DNA of 64,000 bases from Dehalococcoidales bacterium (GTDB lineage Bacteria; Chloroflexota; Dehalococcoidia; Dehalococcoidales; RBG-16-60-22), in assembly GCA_034420195.1 (NCBI GenBank), contig DAOULO010000052.1, positions 323 to 64,322 of the forward strand, given 5' to 3'. The position numbers and the translations under genes are program-made. Each line of letters begins with the position of its first letter. Position 1 is the stretch's first letter. The notes under the pieces were generated by a model. It ran no database searches, was not told where the DNA came from, and saw nothing but the letters and a program-made list of their open reading frames with translations. This document shows positions 61,519 to 64,000 of the stretch, piece after piece.

Positions 61519-61779
61519 GTGACCGAATACGTAGGTTATTTTGCCGGTTTCCTGACTACCTTTGCCATGCTGCCGCAGATCATGCGCGTCTACCGGCTCA
61601 AAAGCGCCCGGGAGATAAGCATTCTGTTCAACACCTCGCTGCTGCTGGGCATAAGCCTCTGGCTGGCCTACGGCGCCGTCCTGGGGCTGGTACCCCTCAT
61701 TGTCTGGAACGCCATCGGAGTGTTTCTCGTCAGCTTGCTGCTGCTGGCCAAGCTGAAATACGGCCGGGAACCCGCCTGA
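61519..61779 (+). CDS. SemiSWEET / PQ-loop family transporter
   Basis: Three TM helices with the FAMLPQIMRVYR PQ motif. GTG 61519 (GGAGG upstream) or GTG 61465 are the possible starts. Confidence 0.7.
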   Translation: MTEYVGYFAGFLTTFAMLPQIMRVYRLKSAREISILFNTSLLLGISLWLAYGAVLGLVPLIVWNAIGVFLVSLLLLAKLKYGREPA

Positions 61780-61794
61780 ATTCGGCGCGGGGTA

Positions 61795-61858
61795 TTGACA
61801 AGCGGGCGAAAAGGGTGTACGTTAGATATATATAACGTTAGAAATATACAACGTCAGA
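61795..61858 (+). promoter_or_regulatory. promoter (TTGACA-N17-TACGTT) overlapped by three 16-nt-spaced ACGT(T/C)AGA direct repeats (candidate operator)
   Basis: TTGACA 61795-61800. Repeats at 61819-61826, 61835-61842 and 61851-61858, directly upstream of the membrane protein + HTH gene pair. Confidence 0.5.
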
Positions 61859-61871
61859 CGGGGGTGTGGCC

Positions 61872-62486
61872 ATGAAGAAGCTAGCCTGGGGGATTTTCAT
61901 CGCGGCGCTGGTGATAACGCTGCTCCTGATGGCGCTGGAGGAGCGGTATTACGTGGTGGTCTCGCTGGTGGTGGGCACGGTCATCATGCGCCACCGCGAG
62001 CTGTGGTCGCTGCTTACCCGGCGGCGGCTGCCCCCGCTTGACGAGAGGGTAAAAGCGAACACGAATAAGGCGCTGCGCAACGGGTTCGTCTTTCTGGCCG
62101 GGCTTACCGTCTTTCTGATGCTGCCCCTGGGGAGGATTTTCATCGGCGGCGTGGAAACCCAGTTCGTGCTGGCGGGGATGTTCCTTTCCACCGGGCTGGT
62201 CTATCTCCTCTCGTATATCTATTACGACCGCGCCGCGCCCAAGATGAGCCCGTGGCGGCTGGGGCGCCTGCGGTGGTTCCTCTCGCTGGGCGGGATAGCC
62301 ATCGGGGTGTTTATCATCAGCGTCTTCCTGCATAACGTCATCAGCGGTTACATCGGTTTCGAGGAGCCGGTGTTCTTCGTCGTCGCCGTTATCCTGGCCC
62401 CCCTGGCGCTGGCGGTGAGCCTCATCGGCGGCCTGGTGCTCTTTATCATCGGGCTGGCCGCCCGGCCGCCCGTCAGCGAGCCGTAG
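61872..62486 (+). CDS. polytopic membrane protein (DUF2178-like)
   Basis: Several TM helices. Followed after 3 nt by a small XRE regulator, a recurrent gene pair. Confidence 0.6.
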   Translation: MKKLAWGIFIAALVITLLLMALEERYYVVVSLVVGTVIMRHRELWSLLTRRRLPPLDERVKANTNKALRNGFVFLAGLTVFLMLPLGRIFIGGVETQFVLAGMFLSTGLVYLLSYIYYDRAAPKMSPWRLGRLRWFLSLGGIAIGVFIISVFLHNVISGYIGFEEPVFFVVAVILAPLALAVSLIGGLVLFIIGLAARPPVSEP

Positions 62487-62489
62487 CCT

Positions 62490-62684
62490 ATGAAGACCCG
62501 AATCCGCGAGTACCGCACCCGCCGCCGCCTGACTCAGGAGAAGCTGGCCGATATCGTCGGCGTCCGCCGCGAGACCATCATCTACCTGGAGCAGGGCAAG
62601 TATAACCCGTCGCTGCGGCTGGCCCACCGCGTTGCCCGGGCGCTGGGGGCGACGGTGGACGAGCTATTCCTCTTCGACGACTGA
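62490..62684 (+). CDS. XRE-family HTH transcriptional regulator (YozG-like)
   Basis: 64 aa; [34 protein letters not shown]. Confidence 0.85.
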   Translation: MKTRIREYRTRRRLTQEKLADIVGVRRETIIYLEQGKYNPSLRLAHRVARALGATVDELFLFDD

Positions 62685-62723
62685 GCCAGCCTAATAATTA
62701 ATGAAAAATCCGACGCTAACCCA

Positions 62724-62752
62724 TTGACCAAACGCCCTAAATGGTTTACACT
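62724..62752 (+). promoter_or_regulatory. sigma70-like promoter (TTGACC-N17-TACACT)
   Basis: TTGACC 62724-62729 and TACACT 62747-62752. Would start a leader or sRNA of about 230 nt before the dksA-like gene. Confidence 0.5.
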
Positions 62753-62822
62753 GTTGGTATGTTTTATCCTCGGGTGACCAGCTGGGAAAGACCTTGCCAC
62801 TTCGCCCCGGGCGGCTGGCGCC

Positions 62823-62886
62823 GGCCAACGGCATCCGCCGTTGGCCATCAGGGTACGTTGCGGTATTAGGACGCAGCTTTTCTCCC
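62823..62886 (+). other. structured leader / candidate small RNA: perfect 10-bp hairpin plus terminator-like hairpin
   Basis: GGCCAACGGC-ATCC-GCCGTTGGCC (62823-62846), then GTTGCG-N9-CGCAGC followed by TTTTCT (62857-62886). Confidence 0.35.
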
Positions 62887-62987
62887 CATTCTCTTCAGTT
62901 TTCAGTGGATAGTAGCCTACATACTCGGGCAGATACGGGGAAGAGCCAGGGCCTTTCGATTCGGTGGAGAGGCGGACGGAGGCAGAA

Positions 62988-63371
62988 ATGGCCACGACTA
63001 AATTCAAGAAGCAGCACGAGCAGCTGGAGAGCGAACACAAGCGCTTGACCGAAGAACTGGCCCAGCTGCATTCCAGCGCGTCCAGCTCCGAGGAGCGCCG
63101 CGAGGGCAGCCCCTTCGGCAAGCGGGAAGAAGAGGCCACCGAGACCCTGGAGCTGGAGAAGCGGCTGGTCCTGGAGAACCGTATCCGTCAGGAGCTGGCC
63201 GGTATCGAGCACGCCCTGGAGAAGTTCGAAAAAGGTACCTACGGGTTGTGTGATAACTGCGGCAAGCCGATAGCACCGGGAAGGCTGGAGGCGCTGCCCC
63301 AGGCGAGCCTGTGCATGGAATGTAAGGCGCTGCTGGCGAAGAATGCAAAAGGCAAACCGCCCGCAGGGTAA
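62988..63371 (+). CDS. DksA/TraR-family C4 zinc-finger protein
   Basis: CDNCGKPI...CMEC zinc finger after a coiled-coil region. ATG 62988 with GGAGG 5 nt upstream. Confidence 0.8.
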   Translation: MATTKFKKQHEQLESEHKRLTEELAQLHSSASSSEERREGSPFGKREEEATETLELEKRLVLENRIRQELAGIEHALEKFEKGTYGLCDNCGKPIAPGRLEALPQASLCMECKALLAKNAKGKPPAG

Positions 63372-63849
63372 GCGCCGGCTGGCGGTCCTGGCCTCCGTGG
63401 CGCTGCTGGTCATCATCGCCGACCAGGTGAGCAAGTGGTGGATAAGGGCCACCCTGGATATCGGCGAGACGCTCACCGATGCCGGATTCTTTCAGGTTAT
63501 CCGTGTCCAGAATACCGGGGCCGCCTTCGGGATATTCCCGGGACACTCCCAGCTACTGATTGCCATCGTTTTCATCGGCATCATCGCCCTGCTGGCACTC
63601 ACCTATTTCCTGCACAAGCGCTGGGCCTTCTTCGACAGCCTGCCGCTGCGCGTGGCCATCGGTCTGGTGTTGGGGGGCACTATCGGCAACCAGATTGACC
63701 GCCTCTTTTACAGCGGCTACGTGACCGATTTCCTCGATTTCAAGGTCTGGCCGGTCTTCAACGTCGCCGACGCCTCGACGACCGTCGGCGCTATCATCGC
63801 CATCTTTTGCATCATCTTCCTGATGGGTAAAGCGGAAAAGAAGGCATGA
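63343..63849 (+). CDS. lspA: lipoprotein signal peptidase II
   Basis: NTGAAFG, GNQIDR and FNVADAS motifs; 168 aa. Confidence 0.92.
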   Translation: MQKANRPQGKRRLAVLASVALLVIIADQVSKWWIRATLDIGETLTDAGFFQVIRVQNTGAAFGIFPGHSQLLIAIVFIGIIALLALTYFLHKRWAFFDSLPLRVAIGLVLGGTIGNQIDRLFYSGYVTDFLDFKVWPVFNVADASTTVGAIIAIFCIIFLMGKAEKKA

Positions 63850-64000
63850 GCCGGGAGTACCATTTTCAGGCGGACACCGCCGGGGCGCGCCTGGATAAAT
63901 TCGTCGGGGAGCGCTGCCCGGAGCTGTCCCGCAGCCACGCCCAGAAGCTCATCGCCGCCGGGCTGGTAACCGTCAACGGCCGGCCCGCCCGCGCCTCCCT
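63846..64000 (+). CDS. rluD: RluA/RluD-family pseudouridine synthase, 5' fragment (S4 domain)
   Basis: ATG overlaps the lspA stop (ATGA). MSREYHFQADTAGARLDKFVGERCPELSRSHAQKLIAAGLVTVNGRPARAS; runs off the window. Confidence 0.75.
   Translation, partial: MSREYHFQADTAGARLDKFVGERCPELSRSHAQKLIAAGLVTVNGRPARAS

Overview
High-GC (about 60%+ in the 60-nt lines I counted by eye) bacterial chromosomal segment, densely coding, with the gene content of a strict anaerobe. A Chloroflexota/Dehalococcoidia-like origin is only a guess from that gene content. All calls come from reading the sequence and the ORF track; no searches were run.

Most of the window is housekeeping:
- central metabolism and cofactors: pyk, nadC, pyrD, plsX, trxA/trxB
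- translation and RNA modification: dtd, miaB, yajC, tRNA-Glu(UUC), tRNA-Ser(GCU)
- nusA-ylxR-infB-rbfA-truB operon
- rplI-dnaB-dnaD-dnaC cluster
- tldD/pmbA
- mtnA/mtnP methionine salvage
- lspA-rluD

Parts worth a second look:
1. An 8.5-kb same-strand redox cluster. etfB, a ferredoxin-fused etfA and a membrane HdrD-like Fe-S oxidoreductase are followed by a signal-less (cytoplasmic) [NiFe]-hydrogenase that is translationally coupled to metV-metF. This is a candidate H2-dependent methylene-THF reductase.
2. A 1.9-kb AT-rich island inserted between mtnA and mtnP. It carries one ABC-ATPase/TOPRIM (OLD/PARIS/GajA-like) gene.
3. A mosaic intergenic repeat family with core GGGTGGGAATAGATAAC. I found at least 16 copies, as singlets and as about 250-nt foldback doublets (REP/REPIN- or MITE-like). 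No transposase is present in the window.
4. A single polypeptide carrying two complete DnaC/DnaI-type loader ATPase modules.
5. An orphan NuoE/NuoF(HydC/HydB)-like module with a truncated HydA/NuoG-like Fe-S protein that has no catalytic domain.
6. Several regulatory candidates:
   - a nusA leader terminator
   - a promoter motif shared by a usp gene and a Zn-ribbon/pfpI/crp operon
   - a triple direct-repeat operator
   - two long structured leaders

Many ORF-track entries are antisense or alternative-frame artefacts of high GC and were not called.
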